A stretch of 64,000 nucleotides of DNA, from positions 75,518,001 to 75,582,000 of the forward strand of contig CM052817.1 in assembly GCA_028534125.1 (NCBI GenBank), read 5' to 3'. The translations under genes were made by a program, and so were the position numbers. Of this stretch, positions 1 through 12,991 are shown one piece after another. This DNA comes from Lama glama. Lineage: Eukaryota. The notes beneath the pieces are model-generated. The model saw nothing but the letters and a program-made list of their open reading frames with translations. It made no database searches and was not told where the DNA came from. Positions within the stretch are counted from its first letter, which is position 1; each line of letters begins with the position of its first letter.

Positions 1-218
1 TACCAAATTTCCCATCTCATTTTCCCCTTGGAATTTTGCACCATTGGAGAGTGAAGAGCATCAGTGCAGATGTTGAGGTCATTTCATTCTTATGAAGGAG
101 CCCTGAAGAGTTCAGCAGTTTTATGGACTCTGGCATTGAGGGTGCTGAGGAAGATTGCTTGGAATGGAAAAGTAGTGGGTACTGAGTTTGAGTGGGAAAA
201 AACATCTTCAACAGGACT

Positions 219-236
219 CCCTCTTCCCCTACTTTA
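219..236. repeat. Left target-site duplication of the RPLP1 retrocopy (partner 743-760)
   Basis: ccctcttcccctacttta (219-236) versus ccctcctcccctacctta (743-760), 16/18 identical, bracketing the poly-T and the mRNA 5' end. Confidence 0.9.
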
Positions 237-742
237 TTTTTTTTTAAGAGTTCAGCATTTTATCAAACATATTACGAAAGAGGTTTAGTAAAAAAGACCA
301 AAGCCAATGTCATCATCAGACTCCTCAAATTCTTATTCCTTTGCTTCCACTTTCTTCTCATCAGCTGAGGCAGCAGTTGTGGAGGCGGCAGGACCTCCTG
401 CTGGGGCAGGTCCACCAGTCCCTACATTGCAGATGAGGCTCCTGTTGTTGACATTGATCAGAGCCTTTGCAAACAAGCCTGGTGAGAAAGGTTCATCATT
501 AACACTGGCTGCTTTAAGGAGAGCATTGATCTTCTCCTCTGTAACCATCACTTTATCATTATGAAGGATGTGGGCTGAGTCGATGCAGATGAGCCCAGAG
601 ACTGAGAACATGGTGCAAGTGAGTGCTAGGCGGGGGCTGCTGGGTGCAGTGCTAGTTGCCCAATGAAGTTAGGGTCTTACCCAACAGAGCCTTAGCTTCC
701 TCGGAATGATTGAGCACCTTAGCAACAGCTGAGTTTTGAAAG
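237..742 (-). pseudogene. RPLP1: Processed pseudogene of 60S acidic ribosomal protein P1; CDS remnant 611->285
   Basis: Minus-strand translation MFSVSGLICIDSAHILHNDKVMVTEEKINALLKAA...EKKVEAKE*EFEESDDDIGFGLFY* matches RPLP1. Intronless; 5'UTR-like sequence to about 742; poly-A remnant 237-245; in-frame TAA at 333-335; 108 codons versus 114 (6-codon hinge deletion); flanked by 18-bp direct repeats. Confidence 0.96.
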
Positions 743-1049
743 CCCTCCTCCCCTACCTTAGAAGACCTTGTTAGAGGTGCCTGAAGACGACCTTTGCTCA
801 AGGTCTCAAATAATGAGACCTTAAAATGAAGGCATTTGGACTGGGAATGCAAATATATGAAAGAGTAACCAACCAAGAAGGCTTAAGTCCTTAACTGCAG
901 CTCTCTTCAGAGACTGCGAAGCACTGGCTGTGCACAAAGTCAGCCGTGGGGAGGGCAGCTTTCCCTGTGAAGCCTGCGGGCTAAAACCTGTGTGATTACC
1001 TATGGTCCATCTGGAAAAAAATCACACATAGGTTTTTAACCACTGCTGG

Positions 1050-1492
1050 ACTTCTCAGTTATGGTTCTATAGATCTGAAGTCCAAAATTGGTTTCACTGG
1101 TCTAAGATCAAGGAGCCAGCTGAGTTATACTCCTTTTAGAAGACTAGTAAATAATCCATTTCCTTTTCTAACTGCTAGAGACTACGCACATTCTTAAACT
1201 CATGGCTCTTCCCTCCACCCTCAAAGCCAGCAACATGGATGAAATCTTTCTTACATTGCATAACTCTAACCTTGCCTCCATCATCACTTCTCTGATTCTG
1301 ACTCTCCTGCTTCTCTCTTCTACGCTGATACTTATAATTACAGTCAGCCCACCTCAATCATCCTAACCTCTCTAAAGTCTGCTGATTAGCAACCTTGCTT
1401 ACAACCTTAATCTGCAATTTCAGTTCCCCTTTACCATATACCTTTACATACTCTGAGGCTCCTGTGATTGGGGCCATTATTCTGCACACTGT
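1050..1492 (-). mobile_element. ERVL-MaLR solo LTR, MLT1C/D-like
   Basis: Contains aagtccaaaattggtttcactggtctaagatcaagg, ttccctccaccctcaaagccagcaa and terminal gggccattattctg, the reverse complement of recalled MLT1D hallmarks. Confidence 0.8.
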
Positions 1493-2029
1493 ATTTGCAT
1501 CTCAAAAGCCATTTAACTGTCCCTCATAATGCTTCAAAATTTCAAATATAGCCAAACCACTTACTTAAATTACTTAGATCATCACCTACATGAAGTTTCT
1601 GTTCTTTATTCATGTCTCACATAAATATTCAAGTCAAGCAAATGTTGTTTTGTAAGTAATTATAAGATACTGTCTCACGTGGCCTTTCCCAGTTTTTCTC
1701 ACCTCCTACTTCTAATTGCACCCCTGTGAAAGGTCTTTAGACTCTTCTTGGTGGTCACTCATATTCTCAAAGCTCCATCTTTAATTCCATCCTAACACGG
1801 TTGCTATTTACTGTATCCTAAGAAATTATATCAACACTTACTCCACTTTGGTATCAGATTATATGTAGCACTGCTCATTTAGCAGAATTATGAAAAGACA
1901 CCCCTCAAAAAAGGAACATACAAAAAACCACTGTATGTGGAAAGGGGGAGGGTAACTGTATAAAATAAATATGAGCATTCTGACTAAAGGGCATTGAATA
2001 AAGAAAAATTATGTGTATGTAATAATGTT

Positions 2030-3760
2030 TGAGGTATTATTTTTTTCTTTCTGATGTCAACAGGGTCTATAGTGATATTTCCTCTTTCATTATTAATACT
2101 AGTAAGTTGTGTTCTATCTCACACACACGCACACGCACTCACACTCTCCCCACCCCGTTTTCCCCCTCCCCCCACCAGGACCCTCTCTCTTTTCTTCTTT
2201 TTGTCTCTAAGGTTAATCTTGCTAGAAGTTTATCAATTTTATTGATCTTTTCAACTAAATATAAATTTGATTCTTTGTTTTTCTCTATTGTTTTGCTGTT
2301 TTCAATTTTATTCATTCTTTCTTACTCTCATCTGTATTATTTTCTTTGTTCTTGTTTTACATTTAAATTTTATGGTTTTGTTTTTCTAGTTTCTTAAATT
2401 TAAAGCTTAAATCATTAATTTTATAGTTTTTTGTTTTTCTCTTATATATATGTATATATATGCTTTTTTCTCTAAAAACTCATTTAGTGGCATCTACAAC
2501 TTTTGGACTTTTTTCATCCATACATGTGTTTTATTGTTTATAAACTATTTTGTTTTGTTAAAAATATTTTCTTATTGGTTTTCAGTTTCATTTTATTATG
2601 GTCAAAAAATTTGGTCTATATATTATCAATTATTTCGTTTTTTAATTTTTTCAGTGTTCCAGTATATGGTCTGTGTTTGTGGATGTTTCATGTACATTTA
2701 AAATATATTTGTCTTCTGCTGTGATTGGTTGTAGCATTCTGTAAATGTCATTAAGTGAATTTACTTGATAGTGTTTTTCAGATTTTCCTTATAATTATTG
2801 TCTGCCTACTCATTTCATCATTTGCAGTGATACAAGTGTTGAAATATCCAGCTATAGTTTTGGATTTATCTATATCATGCCTTAATCATTTGCATTTTTG
2901 CTTCATTTACTTTGAAGCTTTTTAGCTAAATCCATAAATATTTAGCTTTATTATATGTGTTTGGTGAAATGATTACTTTGTCATTCTGTAATGCTTCTTT
3001 GATTCCTGATAATAGTTTCTTGTGTTTTTTCCCTATGTAAGTATCTGATTCATAATAAGCATTTTCTGTTAGTTACTGCCATTATGATTTTTTAAAGGTC
3101 TATAGGCTGTTTTTAAAAATATATATATTTTCATTTTTGGTGGGGGAGGGAATTAAATTTATTTAGTTAGTTATTTCAGTGGAGGTACTGTGGATTGTAT
3201 CCAGGACCTCCTGCATGCTAAGCATGCTCTCTAACCACTGAGCTGTACCCTCCCCTCAATAGTTCCTTGTTTTTAATTCTATTATTACTTGTACTAATAT
3301 AGCTGCTCCAGTTTTTTTTTTTTTTGGAACAGTTTTTATGTGCTTTACCTTTTTCATCTTAAATTTTATGTATTGATGTGTTCCTATTTAAGCTGTGTTT
3401 CTACTAGATAGCATGTAATTTAGTCTTCAGTCTCTGCAATCATTTAATTGGTATGCTTAGATTGTTTATATTAAATGTAATTATTCATATGACCAAATTA
3501 AAATATAACCTTTTGCATTTAATTCAATATGCTTTTGCTGCTTTCTTTTCCCCAGTTTTCCAACTATGTTTTGATTCCTTGAGAATTTTTATTCAATATC
3601 TAATGTTGATTTATTTTCCAATTATATTTTCAGTACATCTTAGTCTGCCTTTAAATAATACTATACCATGCAAGTAAGAAACTTACAATGCTATAATTCT
3701 TCCCTCCAATGATTTGTGATATTGTCATCCCATACATCTGACAAATACCCAAATAACTGT
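2030..3760 (-). mobile_element. Ancient L1M fragment (ORF2 endonuclease region), interrupted by a SINE
   Basis: T-rich antisense L1 motifs such as tcttgctagaagtttatcaattttattgatcttttca and ttctgtaaatgtcattaag...ttgatagtgtttttcagatt. Confidence 0.7.
3128..3255 (-). mobile_element. tRNA-derived SINE, camelid Vic-1-like
   Basis: Reverse complement ggggagggtacagctcagtggttagagagcatgcttagcatgcaggaggtcctggatacaatccacagtacctcca followed by an A-rich tail; A- and B-box-like motifs. Confidence 0.88.
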
Positions 3761-5748
3761 CTAAATAACAAACTAAATGATATAATATATAATAATAAAT
3801 AAATAATTTAAAACTAAAATCAATAAGCAAAATAAAAATAACAAAACCTGTCTAAGAAACTTAAGATTTCTTTATGAACTACTGACTTAAATATATAAAT
3901 ATAATTGGTTAAACCTTTATTAGTATTCTATTACATAAATGTATTCAATTCTGTTGTAATTTTTGCCTGTTGGGATTAGTATGTCATATTTTATTAAACG
4001 TTACAAGTAATTAATATAAGAAATACACCTTCTCATTTGAAACATTACAATTAAGAATATTGTTAATATAGGTTTGATTTTTTTCCCATTAGCAAACATA
4101 ATTTTGAAAATATGGGGAAGAATAAGCCCATTTCTATAAAGGAGTTGTGTGTCCCTATATGCTTTAAATATACTGAGGATGAAAATTTGATATAGTAGTA
4201 TGACTACATGTTGTTAGAAATTTGGGACTAGAGCAAGAGACTGGAGAAGCCCATGCTTCCAGGAATTATTATACATGAGGGTCTGATGGACTTCCTTGAT
4301 GCTTTCTATAATTGTAAAATTAGATTCAAAACTCCAAAGATGTTTTTTCTTTAAATTACTTTACTTGATGTTGTTGAAGTATTTTCTCAAGCTTGAAATT
4401 TTATTTATTTTCGTTTTATCAATTTTGTATCTATAGATACAGTAATACCATCCCTATAGAGTCTTTTGCACATTTTTCTGATTTTTTTCCTTGAGAGTAA
4501 CATTCTAGTCACGCTACATGTATCCATTAATTAGTTTTCATTGCAAAAAGAATACTGTAGTTTAGATATAATAAGATAAAATATTGAAAATAAAATTAAT
4601 ATAGAAATAACATATTAAGAATATTTGCACTCTATTTGCAATCATGACTACTTATTATTTACACAAGCTGACTCTAGAAATATTGTATTTATTTGGATAC
4701 CTATTACAGTTGGGTACCTTGGGGTTTAACATTGCTATTAATGCTCAGTTTATTAATGTGTCTTATATTTTAATCAGTGTTTTCATTTATACTAGTTCAA
4801 AAGATTCTCAATTTATTATTTTATGCATTTAACATATATGTTAAATATTTAATAAGATTTTATTTTAAAATTATGGATTATAATTTCTTTTTCTAAAAAT
4901 CCTGTCAAATTATTTTATGTATGAACATGTAATTACAAAATGTAAGCTTTAAAATGCAAAAGAGGACTAAATTTTTTTAATCTCTTCAAGTTATTATAAT
5001 CAATTTATAGTATACATTTGCCAGTGGTTGTAATTAGGAGTGGAGATTTTATGAAATCATGTAGCTCAACTGACTAGAAAGTAAAAGTTGACACAGTGGT
5101 AAGGTATTCTTGAAGCATTTGCAAAATAAAATGAAGGAAAAATCTTCCATGAAGACAATAGGCAGGGTTGTATTAAAATGAATACTTAACCATTTGCAAA
5201 TACACAGGCTAATGAATTTATAGGGAATGGTCTCTAACAAAGAAAGGTAATCTTAGTCAAACAGTGTGAGGCAGGAGAATGAGAGACACATTTTACTGCT
5301 ATGAATGTATGCTGTTATGCAAGGAAAATTAAGAGTTCATGTCAGTCAAAGCTGTGACATAACTCTTGGCCCTCAGAAATTGCTAAATATTCTCAGCAGT
5401 TGCTAAGAAAGTAGAGATAGGGGAGTTGATAGCAGAATTCCAATTATAGTATTTTCAATTCAGTGTGTAAATCTGTTTATATTTTCACTCCAGTATGTGA
5501 ATGTGTGTGTGTATGTTTCCATGATCCTTGATGTAAATCTGCTGTCAATATGTTAGTTGACTGTCTAGTTTTGCTAAATACTATACACACCTATAAATCC
5601 CTGTTAAGTTAAATATTTGAAACCGTTCCTGTTTCAAATTATTTGTATGAACCTATATATTTAAATATGATTGCACAGTATTTTATAAAAAGTATACTAG
5701 CATAAATTTACCAATTTGAGTTCTTGGGTCATGCATATATTTTAACAG

Positions 5749-5757
5749 CATAGCAAG
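5749..5757 (+). other. Candidate 9-nt microexon (catagcaag)
   Basis: Acceptor tgcatatattttaacag| and donor AAG|gtaaga in non-repeat DNA. Sequence motifs only. Confidence 0.25.
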
Positions 5758-6384
5758 GTAAGATGAAGTAATCTAACTAAGCTTTAAGTCTGTCTGAGAA
5801 ATAAGACCAATTGCTTGCATAAGATATCCTCCAGTTGGGAGCAATTTCGCACACTAGACATAACTGTAGCCAAGTAGTGTGCTTCTGAATGTAAAATCAG
5901 ATTGAGGGAAAAGTGATTTTAATGAGTATTTCTCTATCCTGATGAATTACTCTTCTTTAACTTAGAAGTTTATTTTGGTCTAAGAAACTATGATTGATGA
6001 TGATCCACCATCAGCCATCTGTTTTCACTTGCCTTTACCACAGCATCCTAACTTTCAACATTTTTCAAAACATTTTATATTTCTCATGTTTTAGCTTTTA
6101 TTTCAGGTTACATGCTATCTAAAATCATGTCAAGTCCCTGTGTTCTATCAATAAAACATCAGCAAAATATTAAGAATCATCACATGTATTCTGCAAATAT
6201 CACCCATCAAATATTTGGAAAATAGTAAAATTGGTTCTGTGATAAATCAATCATGAACTCATTACTCAAAAGGTTTAGAGAAATTAGGGGTGCTATGACG
6301 TGATCTTTAAGTATAACACATAATATATGTAAAATATATATAATTATATGTATATGTATATATACACATGGAGATATATATTTC

Positions 6385-6858
6385 GGATTGCTGTAACAAA
6401 TTACTAAAACTTAGTAGTTTAAAACAATGCAAATTTATTATCTTAGAGTCCTGGGGTCAGAATTCCAGCATAGATATCACTTAGCTAAAACCCATGCATA
6501 AGCAGGGTTGTATTTCTTTCTGGAGGCTGTAGGTGAGAATCTACTCCCTTACCTTTTCCAGCTGTGGAGACCACCTGCATCCCTTGGCTTGTGGCTCTTT
6601 CCTCCATCTTCAAAGTCAGCAATGTCGGGCAGAGTTCTACTCATGCTGTGATCTCTCTGGTTCTCTGTAAGTAGGAAAGATCCTTTTCTTTTTAAGGACT
6701 CATAATAGATTGTGCTCACCTGGGGTATCCATGGAAATCTTCTATCTCTAGATCGTTAAGCTTAATTATAGCTGCAAAATCCCTTTTCCCATGAAGTTAA
6801 CATGTGCAACAATTCTGAGTATTATAAAGTGGATATATTTTGGGGCCATTATTCTGTA
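6385..6858 (-). mobile_element. ERVL-MaLR solo LTR, MLT1C/D-like
   Basis: ttgctgtaacaaattac...aaatttattatctt...ccttggcttgtggctctttcctccatcttcaaagtcagcaa...ggggccattattctg. Confidence 0.88.
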
Positions 6859-6999
6859 TAAATTGCTAATGGAATATGAGACCTATTTAACAGTATCAAA
6901 AGTCATTTGATACAAAATGTGAAAAATCATAATTACTTTCTTTAGGCTTCAGATAATGCATTCAGTTAATATTTTAGTGTAATATTGAATAAGCATATA

Positions 7000-7315
7000 T
7001 TTATTGGCAAAATGTAAAAAAGATTAACTGTAAAAGAAAACATTTACAATATTGTCTTTATTAAAATTGAGAATTTTGGTCACCAGAAAGCAGCATTATG
7101 TGACTGAAAAGACAAGCTAGAGTTCATATACAGATTATAGAAGGTGCACCCACAAATCAATAATAAATGGGCAGAAAATGTATTAGAGAAAAGAAAAAAC
7201 AAAACACTTAAATGCTCACTTCACCAAGAATAAATTTAAAAATATCAGTTGGCATCTGTAATGAATTTCAATGTTATTAGTCACAAGGAAAATGCAAATT
7301 AAAACAATAGTGCTA
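7000..7315 (+). mobile_element. Ancient L1 (L1ME-like) ORF2 3' fragment
   Basis: gaaaagacaagctagag and ttattagtcacaaggaaaatgcaaattaaaacaatag motifs. Confidence 0.6.
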
Positions 7316-7539
7316 AAAGTGTCCTCTTAATATGTCAGCTACTCAACTCCTTGACTCTTTAAAAAATATGTCATCAACCAGTCATTTTATATATTGTTTC
7401 CAGCTATTATAGTAGTGGAAGAGGAGCAAAAGTGTGCAAACTTATATTCTTGACATACCAGAAAATTGCTGATATTTTTACTCATATTTTACTGATATTT
7501 TTGCACTCTTCCCAGACAATGGAAAGATACTGGAATAAT

Positions 7540-9960
7540 ACACATTTTTCTTCCTACTCATATGTTATATGATCAGTTTTATTAGATAGATATGAACATT
7601 ACATAAGATATTATTGCAATTTTATACTGTCAATGGTAGGTATATTTACTGACACATTTTCTGTTTTAAATGATTCCTGTTTAATTTCAAATCTTTCTTA
7701 ACCATCTGGGATAATTTTCTCTATACCTTTTGTATTTCTGTAAGTACAGATATGCTATTGATGAATATTTCACTTTATCTTTGTCTGAAAAGCCTTTTAC
7801 TTTTTATTCTGTTTGAATAACATGTTCCTTCGTAGAGAATCTGGACTAGTAAGTATTTTCTTTACTACGAAAAATTTGATTATATTGATTCTGGCTTCCA
7901 TTGTTTCTCATAAGATATCAGTTTTCAAAGCAATTGTTATTTGTTTGAGGCACTCCAACTACATTGCACTAATTTTTAAATTTCCAACTTGTCTTTGATT
8001 TTTAGCAGTTTTCCCTAGTGTATGTATATTTGCTGCTTAGTGTTTTAGGGCTTCTTGAATTTGTAACTGGTTGTTTTATACTCTTCTATATTTCCATAAT
8101 TTAGGCTATGTTTTACTTATCTTAACAATTAGCCAATTATTTCCTCAAATATATCTTTTAGGCCGTCCACTGTTTTTGTTAGTTTTTTTGCATATTTTTT
8201 GATTAAAGCATAGTAGAAAAATCAATGAATTTATGTATATAGAACATGATGATTTTTTACAAATGTATAAATCTGTGTCACCACCACCTAACATAAAGTA
8301 GTCTTGCCCTTTCTTGAACCCATATGAACTCCCACTCCAAAAGTGAAAAACCTAGCTCTCACCATTTTCTATCCATTCACTTAATTGTTCAATTCCAGTA
8401 CACATGTATACATGCATTGTTCATGTACTATAAATGTAACAATTCTGCTGTGTCAGAAATGTTAGCCAGTACCTCTGCCTCCACTGTACACAAGTATATC
8501 AACTAAACTGCAGTGTTTATATACAGTTTAATTTTGCCTTTACTTTTAGAGATTCTATTCATTTCTAAAGTTACTTGGATCAACATTTTTCTCCTCCCTT
8601 CCTCTTCAAGTTTTCACACATGCATAATTCAGTTAAATTGTTTTTTTCTCATTGTGCATCCCATCCTGTAATTCCCTGACCTACAAAATGATTTCTTTTA
8701 ATTTACATACATTAAGGTTCACTCTGTGTGCTATAAAGTTTTATAGGTATTGACATAAGCTACAATTGTAGTATCATACAGAATAATTTCAGCTGCTCTG
8801 AAAATCCCCTGAACTTTGTCTTTTCAATTCTCACTCTCTGTCCCTAGAACCCATGGCAACCACTCATCTTTTTTTTTTTTTTCACTGTTTCTATAGCTTT
8901 GCTTTTTCTAGACTGTCATATAAATTAGGAATCATACAGTAGTCTTTTAGGATTGGCTTGTTTCACTTAGCAATATGCATCTAAGATGTATCTGTTTTTG
9001 CATGACTTGATAGCTCTTTCTTTTTATCTCTGAATAATTTCCCACTGTATGACTGTATACCAGTTTTCCAGTTGTGGAAATAACTAGTCATACAATTAAT
9101 GGATTATATGGTGAAATTTGGTAGTTTGTAAGAAACTACCAAATTGTCTTACAAAGTGACTGTATCATTTTGCATCCCTACTGGCAATGAATGAGAGATC
9201 CTTTTGCTCCACATTCCTGCCAGCAAATAGTACTATGGTTTTCTCTTTTTTAAAACCATTTTAATAGGTGTGTAGGGGTATCTCGTTGTTTTAGTTTCAA
9301 TCCCCTAATGACTAATTATGTTTAATATCTTTTCATACCCTCATTTACCATCTGTGTATCTTCTTTTTGAAGATTTTTTGCCCATTTTTAAATGAGTTCA
9401 GATTTTTTGCCCATTTTTAAATGAGTTGTTCCTTATTGTGGAGTTTTAAGTGTTCTTTACATATTTCAGATACAAGTCCTTTGAAATATACATATTTTGC
9501 AAACATTTTTTCCCAGTCTGTGGTTGTCTTTGTGTTTTTCTATGAATATAATTTTAATGTCTATAACTCTGTTTTTTCAAAATTTGACATTGATGTACAT
9601 TATATGGGATAGTTTTTGTTTCTTTTGCTAAGTGTTCTTTGGATTCTAAAAGCTGAATTTCATCAGTTTTGGAAATTCCGTGTGTATTTTCTCACTCTGT
9701 AAACGATTTCCTTCTTTCTGTTTTACCTGCTTTATGTTTCTTGAATAATGAAACTTCTATTATTCCACTACTATAAATTCTACAACTGTCTTCTAAGTTC
9801 ATAATGTTTTCACTCTTTTTATTCTGTTTAGTAAAAGATGTGTTTAATATCATTTCTCAATGCATCTGTTTTTCCAGCATTTTTTTTTTTTTTGTAGATA
9901 CTATCTTCTTTGGTGAATGCAGTATCTGCTTTTTATTCTGAAGATGTTATTTTGAGTGTT
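7540..9960 (-). mobile_element. Old L1 fragments: ORF1-region pieces flanking an L1MC/MD-like 3' end (about 8190-9530)
   Basis: ggttcactctgtgtgctataaagtttt, ggcaaccactcatct, aaactaccaaattgtcttacaaagtgactgtatcattttgcatccc, atattttgcaaacattttttcccagtctgtgg. Confidence 0.75.
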
Positions 9961-10439
9961 ATGCTTTCTTTAGCTCTATATTTTATCTATGTCTACCTCC
10001 TTCCTTTCAACTCTATATTACCTTTTTATATTTTATTGATGCTTAGATCAAATAAACAATTGTCTTAATTACTCTTGTAACTACGTGAAACTTTTTTTTG
10101 AAACTCAGTGTTTTGATTGGGTTTCAAAAATAAACTATTGATAACTTTAATCAAAAAGTTGAAATGATATTCCAGCTTTTCTGAAGCCTTGACCTTGCTG
10201 TGATTCACACTTCTGATTCTATCTACTATACACTACTAGAATATCTTTTTTTTCAGCACCATCTTTATTTGGCTTTTATTTACTGCATTTATCTTCTTAA
10301 CCAATATACCATCTTTATATACCTATCCTTTTTATGTGATTCATGCAAAACAGTTAGCTTGCATTGAATATACTGAGATAATTTCTCAATCAACATGGTA
10401 GCTAATTACCTTTTTAAAAACTGTACATGTTTCTAGTTA

Positions 10440-10566
10440 AGAAGGGGAAGGAGTACAGAATTGCGGAGAACGAGGTGGAAGAGGAAGAGGAAAAACAGAA
10501 GGAAAAGAGGGAGAGAAGGAGAAGGAGAAAAAATACACATAAAAATAAAATGGAGCAGAAGAAAAA
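10440..10566 (+). repeat. Purine-rich (GA) low-complexity tract
   Basis: gaagaggaagaggaaaaacagaaggaaaagagggagagaaggagaaggagaaaaa. Confidence 0.8.
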
Positions 10567-12106
10567 CCTGGTTATGTAAAGAGGCATTTTGTATGGGAAC
10601 TAGTCCTTTGCATAGACCATCATTATGATTAAACAATATCTATCCCACAATACATTCAATATCACAAAAATTTGACTAAAAAACAATCTATTCAGTTGCT
10701 ACTTTATAAATACAATATTTATACAAAATAATGAAAAATATTTATAATTAAATTTTAAATGACTTTTTCTTTAGAATACTTTATTAACACATTCCAAATT
10801 GTTCATTAATGAACACTGTTTATCATTAGTTAGATATATTTATTTTGTAATAGCTTTGTTGTTGGAATTATTGAAACATTGCCAAGTCAGGCACTGTTTT
10901 TAAATATTCAATAGCTGGCACATTTTGGAAATACAGAAATTTAGAAAAATAATTCAGATAAAAAGTCAGGAAGATAAGAATATAAAAAAATGAGTGAATA
11001 TTATATGAGTTTATCTCTTCTATATTTGAAAAATCCAACATCTAACAAATTTTAACATCTAAGAAATTTTCTCATAAAATGTTTAGTCTCACGTAGGCAT
11101 ACAAATATTAACCATAGTTCAACTTGTGAAATATGAATTTTGCTCACAGACATCAAAATTAAAAGTTTTTTTATAGAATATATTATGGGCACATCTACAT
11201 CAGTATATTCCTTTCATTTTGTTTTAGTTTCCTATATTAACATTCTTATAATCCACATAAAATTCTGAAAGGAAGCTCTTCTTAGCTACATTAATTCTTT
11301 TATGCATTAATTAGGTTAGTCAATTATTTTCCCCAGACACTTCAAGAAATATCCTCATAATATTGTTAAAATATATTAATAAATCAATATATTAAATCAA
11401 CATAGTTAAAATTATTAAAATGTATTACTTAAAATGCATTAACATAATTTCAAAAGTAATTTATTATTAATGTTGAAAAAGTAATTTGGTTCACTTAGCT
11501 TTAAAAACTTGTATCAGGAAAGCATTTTGAGTAAAATCATCAAATTCTATGTAAAATATAAGACTGCCAAGCTAATTTAATTCAACTTAAAATAGAAGAA
11601 GGTCTATGAAAAGCTATTTTATATATTGCTAATTTAAAAATCAACTTTTAAACTTCAGTCTGGTTTTGTAATATTAAAAAGATTTGTATACTGAAAGATG
11701 CTATTAATAATTAAATCTAGAAATACCTTGATGCAGTTAGAGTTCTATAGCCCCCACACACAACAAACAAAAAGTACCATAAGACATTTTTATAACACGA
11801 AGCCGGGATTAGCAAAAGAAAATGAGAGAGGTAACAAACCAATCCATGGTACTCTAAGTTTGGGAAAGAATATAAGAAATCTGCCCTCAACTTTCCCATT
11901 CTTTAAATATTCACTGCAGCTATGAAACCTATTATAGCTTGATATAATCAGTTATTTACTCTTTCCTGCATTTTCAGCATTTCTTTTAAAAACACTTAAA
12001 ATGATTACTCAAATCTGTTATTTTACAATATTTTAGGCTTTCTATTATATTTATTAGAAGGTTCTCCCCACCCAAAGAAATAAGTATCTATTTATAAGGC
12101 ATAGAA

Positions 12107-12437
12107 TAAAAAAAGAAGATAAATAAACTTAAATATAAACCAGAAACAGACTCACAGGCGTAGAATACTAACTTGTGGTTGCCAAGGGAGTGAGGGGTGG
12201 GAAGGGACAGACTGGGAGTTTGAAATTTGTAGATACTGACATATATATATATAATAGACAAGTTTATACTGTATATCACAGGGAAATATATACAAGATCT
12301 TGTGGTAGCTCATGGTGAAAAAGAATGTGAAAATGAATATATGTATATTCATGTATGACTGAAAAATTGTGCTCTACACCAGAAATTGACACAACATTGT
12401 AAACTGACTTTAACTCAATAAAGTAAAAATACATACA
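12107..12437 (+). mobile_element. Young 5'-truncated L1 3' end with a perfect 18-bp TSD
   Basis: 3'UTR shared with the copies at 42.1, 55.1 and 61.9 kb; TSD tatttataaggcatagaa at 12089-12106 and 12438-12455. Confidence 0.9.
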
Positions 12438-12735
12438 TATTTATAAGGCATAGAAAAGTGTAATACTATTTTTCTCTGAAAATCAGTATATCAACAAATA
12501 CTGACTTAATGAACAGCATGATATTTTACAATATTTTAATACCTTTTTTTTTTAACAATGAAAGATGCTAAGGCATTACTTTTGTGATCTATTTAAAATT
12601 TTCACAGTCTTCGACCAGGAATTTAGAGTAACCAACAGTGAGATGCAAAAATTAGGACAAGAAACTTGCATTAACATGAAAAGCCTACTCAGATTAGAGA
12701 CAGCTATCTTCACTAATAAACTTTGGATATATCCA

Positions 12736-12835
12736 GGGGAGTGGGTACAGTTCAGTGGTAGAGTGCATGCTTAATATGCACAAGGTCCTGGGTTCAATCA
12801 ATCCCAAGTACCTCCATTAAAAAGAAAACAAAAAA
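12736..12835 (+). mobile_element. tRNA-derived SINE, Vic-1-like (short-tail form)
   Basis: ggggagtgggtacagttcagtggtagagtgcatgcttaatatgcacaaggtcctgggttcaatc...gtacctcca plus A-rich tail. Confidence 0.88.
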
Positions 12836-12982
12836 CTGGCTATGTCTGAAGTGTCTAAAGTACTGGATTTCCTTCAGAAGTCCACATTTTGGGAGAATTA
12901 CCAACAATTGTAGTATAAGCAGGAAAAAGCACTAGAATTCTTGGAAGTAAGCCATATAAACATCAGTTCATTTGTTTTACAG

Positions 12983-12991
12983 AATTCGGAA
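12983..12991 (+). other. Candidate 9-nt microexon (aattcggaa)
   Basis: Acceptor ttcatttgttttacag| and donor |gtgagt; retains a CpG in CpG-poor surroundings. Confidence 0.3.

Noticed and set aside
307..564. 85-aa plus-strand ORF
   Set aside because: Antisense shadow of the RPLP1 pseudogene.
333..611. 92-aa ORF as a functional RPLP1 gene
   Set aside because: Intronless with poly-A and TSD, premature stop, deletion and many substitutions: a processed pseudogene.
2029..2397. 122-aa hydrophobic ORF
   Set aside because: Antisense T-rich L1 sequence plus microsatellite; non-ATG start.
12878..12946. Plus-strand exon ttccttcag...gtaagc
   Set aside because: Stops in all three frames and only about 35 nt from the next acceptor.
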